A stretch of DNA of 64,000 bases from positions 5,208,001 to 5,272,000 of the forward strand of contig JBHGNT010000013.1 of the NCBI GenBank assembly GCA_043228905.1, given 5' to 3'. The notes under the pieces were generated by a model. That model saw only the letters and a list, made by a program, of their open reading frames with translations. It searched no databases and was not told the DNA's origin. Below are positions 37,601-48,573 of this stretch, piece by piece. Position 1 is the stretch's first letter, and every line of letters begins with the position of its first letter. Origin of the DNA: Azolla caroliniana (Eukaryota > Plantae > Polypodiophyta). The translations under genes were made by a program, and so were the position numbers.

Positions 37601-39679
37601 TTTGTGTAACCCTCATCATCAAGCTTACCGGCTGAAATAATATTCAGCCGAATGTCTGGCACATGCCTAACATCTTTTAATACTAGTTTGCAACCCATAT
37701 CCGTGGTTAGAATTATATTTCCTATGCCAACGACCTCAGTCACGCCGTGGTTTGCCATTTTGACTTTACCAAAGTCACCACCGGCATATGACGAGAACAT
37801 TTCCCGATATGGGGTAATGTGGTAAGAGGTTCCCGAATCGATAATCCAATCGGTTTCTTGGGATGCTAAGTTGACACAAGCATCATCACACGCGATGATG
37901 ATATCACCATCACATGCGGCTGTCGTGGAATCATTTTTCTTGTTGTTAGTAGTTCCACTCTTTTGGTCCCTCTTTTTCTTCCTACAATCTCTTTCATAGT
38001 GGTTTAGACCACCATAGTAGTGACACGTGAAGTCTTTCTTAGAGTCTTTCCTATTTCTAGATTTAGACCTCCCCTTAGAATGATTTTTGTGATTTTGTGG
38101 ACCCCTACCATGGTTTCTTCCTCTAGAGGAGTTGTTTTCTATGACTAAGGCTTTATGATCAAAGTTGGACTCATGCTCCTTTCGTCGTGCTTCTTCATGT
38201 AGAAGATTCGACTTAAGCATGTCCAATGTTAGGTCTTTTTGTTGTGTTGCAGTCCCAAGCGTCACAACAAGGGTTTCCCAACTATCTGGGAGAGAGCCTA
38301 ACAATAACAAGGTCAACACCTCATTTGCTAGAGGTATATCTAGAGAGACAGTTTGACTTATAAATCCTTGAAACGTATTAAGATGCTCTGCCATACTAGA
38401 GCCATCTTGATACCTAAGTCTTACAAGTTTCCTAAACACGGAGACTCTATTCAAAGCATTTTTGGTCTGAAACATACTCTCGATTTTTCTCCATAACTCA
38501 TTTGCTTTGGTTTCATCACAGAAATTGTTATATAGACTCATGTCTATAAAACATCGGATGTATGCAGATGTCTTTAGATGCATAGCGTCCTAGGTTAATG
38601 CATCTATTTTCTCGGGTTTGCTCGTACCATGTAGTACGGGCAACCACATGTCCTTACATACCAACATGTCCCTCATTTTGGACTTCCAAATGGGGTAGTT
38701 GGAACCCGTCAGTTTAATCATCCCACCTAATGATTCATCCATATTCCAAGTCTTTGCGGAGGTATGAACCTCTGCTCTAATACCACTTGTTGGGAATATG
38801 GAGCGGAATCGGGATAATTAAAACTTCAAAGACAATTAACACTTGATAACCAATAGATGAAACCACAAGACGAAAATGAGAGTACACCAAGATTTTAACG
38901 TGGAAAACCCAAAATAGGGAAAAACCACGGGAACCGTAGGTTCCAAACAATTTCACTATAATTTGGATTAAAATGAAATACGAACTCACTAGAGGAATAT
39001 ATCTACTTCAAGGCAACAACCTCGACTACAATTCTTCACCTGATTGGGTGGATACAACAATGACCCAAATTATAATTCTTCACCCAATTGGGTAGATAGA
39101 AAACCAAATAAAAAGGAAACTAGAAAAACATAAAACGAAGAAACCTGAAACAAGTAGACAGGACAGGTGTTGTTCAATCATGGTTCTTCGATAGCACGAA
39201 CAACCCCTCGTAGGTCTCTGTATTTGTGACAGTAGTTCACTCTTCCCCTTGCTCACTCTTTCGATTTCTGTTTCTCTCTCTCTCTCTGTTTTCTGTTTTC
39301 GCTCTCTGCGCTCTCAGAAAAATCAGTTTTCGTTCTCTGTTTTCTCTCTTAGAAAAAAACTAGTTTTTTGCTCTCTGTTTTCTTTCACATAGAAAAAAAC
39401 GGGTCACGCTGTCTCTCCTTTTTCCTTTTCTTCTTTTCTTTGTCCAACGTCTACAAACCTGTGTTCACACTCACGCACACAAAAGACACATGCCCAAAAA
39501 AAACATACAAAAAGAAAAAAAGAGGAGACATACATACATACATACATACATACATACATACATACATACATACATACATACACATATATATATTTAAATA
39601 CAACTAATTAGTATTAAGTCTATTCGGCGTTCAACCGACTTAATGTTGTGGGCTCCACTTGAGTGGACAAGCCCCAACA
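33862..39679 (-). mobile_element. Full-length Ty1/Copia element, Tnt1/Tork-like
   Basis: LTRs 38788-39679 (5') and 33862-34731 (3'); TSD ggttg/agttg; PBS tggtattagagc (iMet); PPT adjacent to 34731. Confidence 0.95.
34748..38742 (-). pseudogene. Copia gag-pol polyprotein, two in-frame stops and one frameshift
   Basis: ORFs 38583-37288, 37284-36427 and 36628-34748: WIIDSG protease, LVHTDL integrase, RYKARLVVKGF and LLYVDD RT, YCDSQSAI RH. Confidence 0.92.
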
Positions 39680-40534
39680 AGTTGTTGGGTAGGAGGGATT
39701 ATGAAAATGGGGATGGTAGCATTGTCCAAGGGGTTGTTGATGGAGTTGGTTAGTGAGGGTTGCTAATGGGTTTGTTCACTGAGGTTGCATCTTACTTGTG
39801 GGTGAGCTTCTATTAGGGTTGTTATTTATTAATGAAATACAAGCCAAGGCTACAACGGAAGTTGGTGGCTTCTATAACAAAGCAGAAGAGTTCTGTATGG
39901 ATAGAGAGAGATAGAGAGAGGAGAAGAACAAGAAGAAGAAAGCTTGATTTTGTTGTTGCGGTCTCTATCGATGGCAAAATTTTGCACAAAGACAAGCGTT
40001 GGAAATCCCTCTATTAGAGTTTCGTAAGATATATAGCAAGTTCAAATTCGTGGTCTATATAACAACGATAGAAACAAAGAACTGTGCGCTATCAACATAC
40101 ACATACTCAACACTCATTGTGGGTCTCTGATTGTCTTGTTCATCTTCGATCTCTTCAATCGGGTGAGTTCTAGTTTTTTGAATTATTCATGGAAAATCAT
40201 TTTTATCCCGAATCTTCAATATCACATAAAAAATAGCAGATATGAACATGAATTCCTCACAAATTTTGGGGGGAACATTGATATGGGAAAAATTACTCCA
40301 ATAAAGAGCAATATTATGTTTGCATGTAATCATGCAAATAAAGAATTTGAGAGCTCTAAGAGACTTAAGGGTATTCATGAAATCAACATGACAACAGTAA
40401 TGCCAAGATTCGAACTCTTCACCTCTTGTATATAATCAAGTGTTATGTTTTAACCAACACATCCAAATATATAGCCATTTTATCCACAACATCTGGATCT
40501 CTGTGTTTCTTATCCTCTTAATCTATTTCTCTGT

Positions 40535-40825
40535 TTCCATCATTGCCATAGTCATAGTCATTGCTTCCAGAGACGCTTCCTCAACATCATTGTCTTCATT
40601 GCTTCGTCTTCGACATCATTATCTTCAACACCTCTTGGTGTCGTCATCAACACTACTTTGCCTAGCCTTCATCAACACTTCCATTATTGCCATAGTCACA
40701 TTCATTGCTTCCAGAGAAGTTTCCTCAACATCATTGTCTTCATTGCTTCGTCTTCGACATCATCATCATCTTTATTACCTCTTGGTGTCGTCATCAACAC
40801 TACTTTTCCTAGCCTTCATCGACGT
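40535..40825. repeat. Tandem duplication, period ~144 bp
   Basis: ttccat.attgccatagtca...ctagccttcatc occurs twice. Confidence 0.85.
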
Positions 40826-40842
40826 CAAGTGTTCTAGTTCCT

Positions 40843-41251
40843 GGTGAGGACTGCACATGGTCGCTCATGCTCGTTGGTGTGCCAGTCTCCTGTGAGGACC
40901 ACACATGGTCGCTCACGCCCGTTGGTGTCCCAATCTCTGGTGAGGACCACACATGGTCGCTCACGCCTGTTGGTGTTCTAGTCTCCAGTGAGGACCATAT
41001 AGGGTCACTCACATCCGTTGGTGTTCGTATCTCCGGTGAGGACTACACATGGTCGCTCATGCTCGTTGGTGTGCCAGTCTCCGGTGAGGACCGCACATGG
41101 TCAGGGTCACTGACGCCCATTGGTGTTAATGTCTCCGGTGAGGACCACACATGGTCGCTCACGCCCGTTGGTGTTCGTGTTCCCGATGATGACCGCATAT
41201 GGTCGCTCATGTTCACTCGTGTTCCATTCTCCGATGAGGACTGCACATGGT
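40843..41251. repeat. 48-bp minisatellite, ~8.5 copies
   Basis: Unit ggtgaggaccacacatggtcgctcacgcccgttggtgtnnnagtctcc; one unit has a 6-bp insertion. Confidence 0.92.
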
Positions 41252-41879
41252 CAACCATTCCTCAACCTAATCCGGTTTTCTCTTTCAACTCATCCCTACA
41301 CCACGCTTCCGAAAAGGTGACTGTAAAGGGGAGGATAATGTCATGGACAAGACTGCCATGCTTCCAGAAAAGAGGCCGTAAAGGGGAGGATAATGTCACG
41401 GACATGACAATAATCATGTCAAGATTCGAACTCTTAACCTCTTGTATATAGTTAAGTGTTATGTTCTAACTAACACATCCAAATATATAGCCATATTATG
41501 TATATCTTAGTATATTATTACTAGATTATCTATTTCAAGTTGTAGGAGTTTTTAGAAAGTTCTAGAACTACAAGGTTCTAGAATATTCTCCCAAATATTC
41601 TCCAGAATATTCTAATGCGTGTACTTCAACACAGTATAAATACTTGTAACCTCCTTAGTCCCTTTCAAGGGATTCAACGGTAGTCATTGACACATCAATA
41701 TAGTATTCTTCTTTAGCCCCATCTTCCTAGCGTCTTAATTTCCTCATCTTGTCGCTCCCAACTTCCCGAGTTTCTTGCCTCATCACATCTAGTTCCACAT
41801 TTGTAACCTTATTAGTCATAGCCTCGTCATCTGTGCTTTGTCGTAGTCTAGAGTTGGTGTGTCCGTGACATCAGTGAGA

Positions 41880-42391
41880 AGAAATTGACATATGTTGAGG
41901 CAATACATGTAAACGAGGTTCACAAGGATAATCATAATTGGGATAATTTATAGGAGATTGCCAATATCTTGTTGTCTGATATTGTGGAGGAAAATGAAAA
42001 TGAAGCAAAAGGATGTGTCAATGAAGATGTGCATGACGTGGAAGTTGATGCTAAGAAAAATGTGCAATATTTTTATGTATTATATGATCATGCAATTAGA
42101 TTATTTTTTACTAGGAAACTTCCATTCATAAGTTAGATTAAACAATGGTTGAACACAATTGTGTCACCAAATTGTGTTGAGAATATATATGTAGGCCCAC
42201 GAGGGTTATATGATGTAGTATTTCGTTCCCCTGGACATTGTAGTACATTGTTGGATAAAGTTCCCATGTTTTTTGATAAACAATTAGTGCATGTAATGCA
42301 ATGGTCTCCATTTGTGGACTATCATGCTTTGTTGAAACAAGAATGCCATGTTTGGATAGCAATGGATTGTAAGCATGCGTCTTTATGGACA
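41880..42391 (+). mobile_element. LINE L1 ORF1 (DUF4283-like) fragment truncated by a Copia LTR
   Basis: GPRGLYDVVF...LLDKVPMFFDKQLVHVMQWSP...ECHVWI resembles the plant L1 ORF1 pattern (G.F...F, P.F, WSP, PVW). Confidence 0.6.
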
Positions 42392-43711
42392 TGTAAAGAA
42401 TAGCGTGCGGAAGCTTGTAGACAAACCAGTTCAGCCGGATTACAACAATAAAAACAGAGAATGAAGGTTTAATGGAAGCTTAAGACAGCAGAGAATACAC
42501 AGGAGAGATAGAGAGAGAAGAAAGCATAAACTCAATTCAAAATAATAACACTCTATACATATGATGTGCTCAATGAGCACTTTTATACAAATCCATGAAA
42601 GGACTGACAGAAGTACTGATAGGTACTTCAATGCTCATACGAGCAACTGACATTGACTCCAAAAAATATGCCTAGGTACTAGGCTAGATTCGTAGGCCTC
42701 TAATGGCCTACCGATTACAATCTGGTCCATCTCTCTGATCTAGCTCTTGGTTCTAGATACCGATCCGGTTCTTCGTTCCAAACTCTGATCTGGCTTTGGC
42801 TTATTCAGCCGATCCGGATTTGGTTGAGCTTGTCCGCTCAGCACCCCCCCTTGAGCTCAACTTGAGGTCGAATCTCAGTGTCAGTGTCAGTGGTAGCTGG
42901 TCCACTCCTCCGGCTCCACTTGGGATCTTCCCACCTTGCTCGCACACCTCGACTGGTCCGGTTCTGCTTTCCTCGACCTTCTCGGTCGGCTTGTCTGCTC
43001 ATAAGGCCCTTCTCAGCTCCTTCGCCATTGCGAGTTTGGTACTTCTTGACCTGTCGGCTCCTCCGTGTCGGTGTTGGCTTCCGCTACCTTCTCGTCCGTT
43101 TAGCCTTCAATTGATTTGGCTCCTCCAAATCGAACTCCTTTTCAGAATCGGTTTCCTTCGATTCGTTCTAGCTCTTGTCCGAATTGGCTATCTCGAATTC
43201 TTCTTCAAACTCCAGACCCTTCACGACGTCGGCCCATGTCGGTGTCTCAGTCTTTCCGGCTTTGCTTCCCCCTTTTTCGGTTGGTTTCGGCTTGGGATCT
43301 TCGTTCAGGTGGCTCCCCCTGCATCCCGTCTCCGCTTCTTCAGCCGTCCTGTGCACTCTGACTTCTTCACTCAGCCGAAGTCGAAATCAATTTCTAACTT
43401 GGCTTTTTGGTCATCTTCCTCATTCCTCCTTTCATTCCTCCACCTCAAGTTTGGCATATCGAGGTACTACACAACCAGTGCACTGAAAAATTTCCGCAAC
43501 TTGTCTAAGCCGAGGGGTTTGGTGAAGATATCGACCACCTGATGATTCATTGGAATATGTAGCAGTTCCACTTCACCGGAGAGAACGCGCTCTCAGACAA
43601 AATCATAGTGCACCTCGATGTGCTTAGTCGGGGCGTGAAAGATGGGGTTCTTTGCCAACTGGATGCTGCCGAGGTTGTCGCAATAGATTGTCGTCGGATC
43701 AGACACCTCCA
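42392..43711 (-). mobile_element. 3' fragment of a Copia (RH end, 3' extension, 3' LTR 42392-42843)
   Basis: LTR similar to 63271-63702; PPT caagggggggg next to 42843; RH CDNLGSIQLAKNPIFH/TKHIEVHY on the minus strand; cut at 43711 by the next LTR. Confidence 0.85.
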
Positions 43712-44684
43712 TGTTGGCATAAAAGGCTAACTCCTTCCAAGTTGTATCCGTCCGAGTGTGAACTCGTTAATTAGTTAGGGCTTAGTATATAACCAAATAC
43801 CTAACATTGGATAGAGTGACGAGAGGAAGAGTGACAGAGAGAGAGAGACGAAGAACTGATTCTCAGGTTCTGTGTATTGTATATCAGAGAGAGAGTGAGA
43901 ACGAAGCAATAAAGCTTTCCATTAGAGCTTGCACTGTGTAAGTCTACGCCTATTCAATTTTTTTTTGTCTACGTTGTTTGCTGTTCATAACCTACAACAG
44001 ATCCATATACGTTTATGCAAAACGCACTCGTTATCAACAACTGGTATCAGAGCATAGGTTTTGTTGTTCGGCGGCCACAGACAACACAAGAAGCTGAAAG
44101 AAAAGACCAGGTCCGAAATCTCAATTTCACAAAAAAAGAATATGGCTTCAACATCCGGAACATGAGTCGAAACCAGAAAATTCGACGGCAAAAACTTTGC
44201 CTCGTGCAAGGAGATAATGCAGGATGTGCTGATCATTCGAAGTTAGGTCGAAGCCATTCGGCACATCGAAAAACCTACTTCAATGATAGCCGAGGAGTGG
44301 AGATCAACGGACGAAATTGCACGCTCCACCATCCGAATGAATCTGGTTGAAAACGTCTATTTCAACATGGCGAAAGAGATGTCATCGTTCTCATTGTGGG
44401 AGAAGCTACAGGCCGTTTATGAAAAGCTGACTTTCGGATTACCAACCTCAGCCGAAGTGGAAGGCTACACTGATTCCGACTATGTTGGAAATACAGATAA
44501 TTGGAAATCGACATCAGGCTACGTCTTCACCTATGGTGGCAGTGCGATATCATGGAGGTCGAAACTTCAAGAGTGCATGGCTCTGTCTACCATAGAAGCC
44601 AAGTACATAGCAACATCGGAAGCAGCGAAGGAAGCGACCTGGCTGCACCGACTAACTGCGGACTTCGGCACTGCAAGCCGAAAG
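43712..44684 (+). mobile_element. Copia (Tork-like) 5' LTR, PBS and internally deleted gag-RH fusion
   Basis: LTR TGTTGG...TCAACA 43712-44039; PBS tggtatcagagc 44042-44053; gag start with KFDGKNF joined at ~44427 directly to EGYTDSDY..WRSKLQEC of RH. Confidence 0.85.
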
Positions 44685-47600
44685 TGACGAGAACTAAACG
44701 CTCCCTATACGCAACGCTCTACCACAACCCAACTTAGAATCATACACAAAAACGGGAAATAGATGCACGACACAAAGAAGAGAAGAGTACACAGGATGTT
44801 TACGTGGAAAACCCAAACTAGGGAAAAAACCATGGCAGCCCGCAGGCTACAAACTATCACTATGTTAGAATGTACAACAGTGAGTTCACAGAGGCAATGA
44901 CTGTGTGCTCACGATCTTTGCCATAGGCGGCGGTTACAATCAGAGGCAAAGACCTCTTCCTCTCTCTCTCACTCTCTGTACACTGTTACGCACTCTGATC
45001 TCGCGTAGACAAGAATAACAACAACACTAAAAGTTTTCCCTAAGTCATATTTATACTAATATGACTTTTCGGCTATTTACAAATATAGCCATGATGGACT
45101 CTCAGAAACATATTTATGAATATGTCTCTTCATCCGGTGTCGTGCCTTTCGGCTCCGGATCGTTTGCGTGAGTCGGGTGGGAACCGCTGGGGTTTTGGAC
45201 TAGGAAGAGGAGAGTTTTAAGGCTAATAAGAATATAAATATGTTGTAAGAAAGAGTTATAGCAAACTCGTGAATCCCACAAGTGTATTGTATTAGATTAA
45301 TCAATATGAATATAAGAATATAAACTTCGGTTGAAAGAGAATGATATAGAATCCTCGTGAATCCCACGAGTATAGTTTATTAATTGGTGTTTTTTAGAAA
45401 CATATCCAGTTTCCAAATATTTTTCACACACAATTACATTGTGCTCCCCATCCTTATGTAGTGATGAGGAAGTCTTAGTAATCCATGCTTTTTCTCTAAC
45501 TATAGACCCCATGCTTTTCCTATAGATAGACTATATGCTTTATCTAAAGTGATCATGCTTTTTTCTAACTTGTGCGTTTTTTATCATGCACGCTAGATGT
45601 GTATGTGTAGCTTTTTCTTTTGTTATGCGTTTTTCTAATGTTTATCCTAGCGTGAATTTACCTTTCTATGTGGGACATCTATGCTTTAACACTAATGAAA
45701 TGCTAGTGTAATGGTAAAACATTACATTATTAACATGGAGGTGCAAGGTTCGAATCTTGCCCTATGCATGTTCCATTTATTTTGCTATTTTCTTCTATTT
45801 CTTCATTTTTTATTGAATCTAATACTATATACGTTTTTCACGTAGTGTACAAAATAGACTACGACACCGGTTCTCACCAGGTCTATACGATCCAGCTCTC
45901 CGTAGCCGGGTACTCCTCATCCGGTCTTCACCGGGTCTGTACCATCCGGCTCTCCGTAGCCGGGTACTCCTCATCCAGTTTCCCTTCCCATCCGGAGGGA
46001 CCTGTCTCCCAACAAACTCCCCCTTCACTCCGGCATGGGGTGTCTTACTAGTCCAATCCTCTTCCAGCATGCATCCAGCTTGTCGGGTATCAGCACTTTG
46101 GTCAGCATATCTAAACCGTTCTCGGCCGTGTGAATCTTCGTCAGTGCGAACTCCTGGTCATCTACTCTTTCCCGGATCCAGTGATATCTTCGCTGGATAT
46201 GCTTCGTCCGGGAATGGTAGGCCGCATTCTTAGCAAGATGGATGGCACTTTGACTATAGCAATAGAGCCGGTATTCATCTTGCTGGATACCGAGCTCTCC
46301 GATGAAGTCCTTCATCCATAATATTTCCTTGCCGACTTCTACAGCCGCCATGTACTCCGCCTCCGTGGTTCACAATGCGACCGTCTTTTGTAGCCTCGAC
46401 TGCCACGAAACAGCTCCACTTGCATATGTCATTACATACCCGGATGTAGACCGGCTGGTATCCACATCAGCCGACATGTCCGAATCGGTGAAACCGTCAA
46501 GTTGAGGTTTTCCGGAGACGAATCAGAGACACATATTTGAAGTACCCTTCAAATAACGGAGTATCCATTTGACCGCGTTCCAGTGCTCCTTGCCGGGATT
46601 GCTCATAAACCGGCTCACCACTCCGATTGTGTATCCTATATCCGGTCGGGTACACACCATTGCATACATCAAGCTCTCGACGGCAGAGGCATATGGAATC
46701 TTCATCATATCCGCCTTCTCTGCTTTCGTCTTCGGGCTTTGCTTACCGAATAACCTGCAGTTTGCCGGAAGTGTCGATCCGGCCGGTCTCGCATCTGACA
46801 TGTTGAACCGGTGAAGTACCTTTGTCACGTACTTCTCCTGTGACAGCCATAATTGCTTCATTGACCGGTTCCGGATAATATGCATCCCCAGCATCTGTCT
46901 TGCCGGACCCAAGTCTTTCATTGAGAAGGTCCGGTTGAGGGCCTTCTTCAGGATCCGTATTTTGACTTGGTCCCGTCCGACGATCAACATGTCATCCACG
47001 TACAGAAGGAGTATCAGGAAGTCGCCTCCTTCGAACTTCTTCACAAACACGCAGTGATCGGTCTGCGTCTTGTGGTACCCTTGATCGGCCATGAAGGAAT
47101 CGAACTTCCGGTACCATTGCCGGGGGGCCTACTTCAACTTGTAGAGGCTCTTCTTCAACCGGCAAACTAGGTGCTCCTTCCCTTTCTCCACGAATCCTTC
47201 TGGTTGCTGCATGTAGATCTCCTCTTTGAGGTCGCCGTGAAGGAATGCCTTCTTCACGTCTAGCTGCTCTATCTCGAGGTCCATGCTTGCCGCTATACTC
47301 AGCACCGTCCGGATGGAGGTCATCTTTACTACCAGGGCAAATATCTCGTCGAAGTCCACGCCCTTCTTCTGCTGGAACCCCTTCATTACGATCCTGGCTT
47401 TGTATCTCGGGGGGTTGCTGGCATCTCCCGGTTTCAACTTGTACATCCACTTGTTTCGAAGTGCCCGCTTTCCTTTCGGCAACTCCACCAATTCGTACGT
47501 ATGGTTCTCATGCAGGGAATCCATCTCGTCCTGCATGGCACTTAACCATTTTTGGCTGTGGGTGTCATCCTTTGCTTCTTCGAAGCTTTCTGGCTCCCCC

Positions 47601-48056
47601 TCATCGGTTAACAGCACATGCTCTGCATCCGGAAATCTCCGGGGGGCCCTTCTCTCTCTGAGAGGATATCTCCGTCTCTGGGCTTCGGTATCCGGCTCCT
47701 CTATTTGCTCTTCATCCGAATCTGATTTGGGGTCTTGGCCGGTTCCGGTTTCAGCTTCCTCTACTTCTTCTTCTGCCGGTTCGATATCCTCACCGTAACC
47801 GGCTGGGTCCTCGAGTGCTAACCGGTCTCTTGCCGGTTGGGTCTGTTCATTGTAGAGTCTATCCTTACTGGTCGACTCGGAGTTCATTATCTTCTTCTCC
47901 GACTCCCAGTCGGCAAGCGTCTTGTCCTCCATGAAGATAATATCTCGGCTCCGGAATACTTTCTTGTCGACCAGGTCCCACACTCGGTAGCCGAACTCAT
48001 CGTCACCGTAACCGAGGAATATGCATGGCCGGGTCTTTGGATCTAACTTTCCTCTC
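44685..48056 (-). mobile_element. 3' half of a Tork-like Copia (INT end, RT, RH) with 3' LTR 44685-46014
   Basis: ORFs 47983-47129, 47092-46523 (LLYVDD) and 46351-46025; PPT gaagggggagtt next to 46014. The LTR shares the acgtggaaaaccc..agggaaaaacc motif with the 33862 LTR and contains an AT-rich insert at ~45200-45856. Left boundary approximate. Confidence 0.85.
45697..45768 (+). other. tRNA-derived (SINE-head-like) sequence, not a functional tRNA
   Basis: A-box tagtgtaatgg 45704-45714, B-box gttcgaatc 45748-45756, gcaag/cttgc stem; no convincing anticodon or acceptor stem. Confidence 0.6.
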
Positions 48057-48058
48057 CG

Positions 48059-48573
48059 GTCAGTTCATGGCGCGACCTACCGAGGAGCACCTTTAGTGTG
48101 CGCAATGCGTATTGTGGTACGTAAGTGGCACTAAGGACTGGGGACTGCTATATCGGACCGGTACAACCTTGCAATTGGTTGGCTACACCGATGCTGATTG
48201 GGTTGGTAACGCCGCCGATCGCCGATCCACGTCCAGATAAGAGTTCTCTCTTGGGAGTGCCGCGATAGCGTGGAGCAGTAAGAAGCAGCCGATAGTTGCA
48301 CTGTCGAGCACCGAAGCCAAGTATAGAGGAGCGGTTGTCGTGACATGCGAATCCATATGGTTGAAGAGGCTACTTAAGGACCTGCAAGAGGAGGTGTTCG
48401 ATCCGACGATGATCTATTGCGACAACCTCAGCAACATCCAGCTCGCGAAGAACCCCGTTTTCCACGCATGGACCAAGCACATTGAGGTGCACTACCATTT
48501 TGTCCGTGAGCGTGTCCTTTCTGGTGAAGTCGAACTTTAGTATGTTCCGACGGATCGGCAGACCGCCGACATC
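48059..48573 (+). repeat. Inverted duplicate of Copia RT/RH segment 49641-50155
   Basis: Colinear with the reverse complement of 49641-50155 and shares the same premature TAA. Confidence 0.9.

Larger units (their letters stand above)
40380..41870 (+). mobile_element. Non-autonomous LTR element remnant: partial 5' LTR, repeat-filled non-coding body, duplicated PPT, 477-bp 3' LTR
   Basis: LTR 41394-41870 with an 11-bp terminal inverted repeat tgtcacggaca/tgtccgtgaca; 40385-40478 repeats its first ~100 bp; PPT aaaggggaggataa at 41325 and 41380. Confidence 0.75.

Noticed and set aside
40843-41251. CRISPR-like array
   Set aside because: Whole 48-bp units are repeated with no unique spacers, there are no cas genes, and the context is eukaryotic.
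42796-43542. 248-aa plus-strand ORF and the similar ORF 49047-49544 as an antisense gene
   Set aside because: Both are shadows of the purine-rich Copia 3' extension on the opposite strand; their similarity follows from DNA homology.
45697-45768. Functional tRNA gene
   Set aside because: A and B boxes are present, but the anticodon and acceptor stems do not form.
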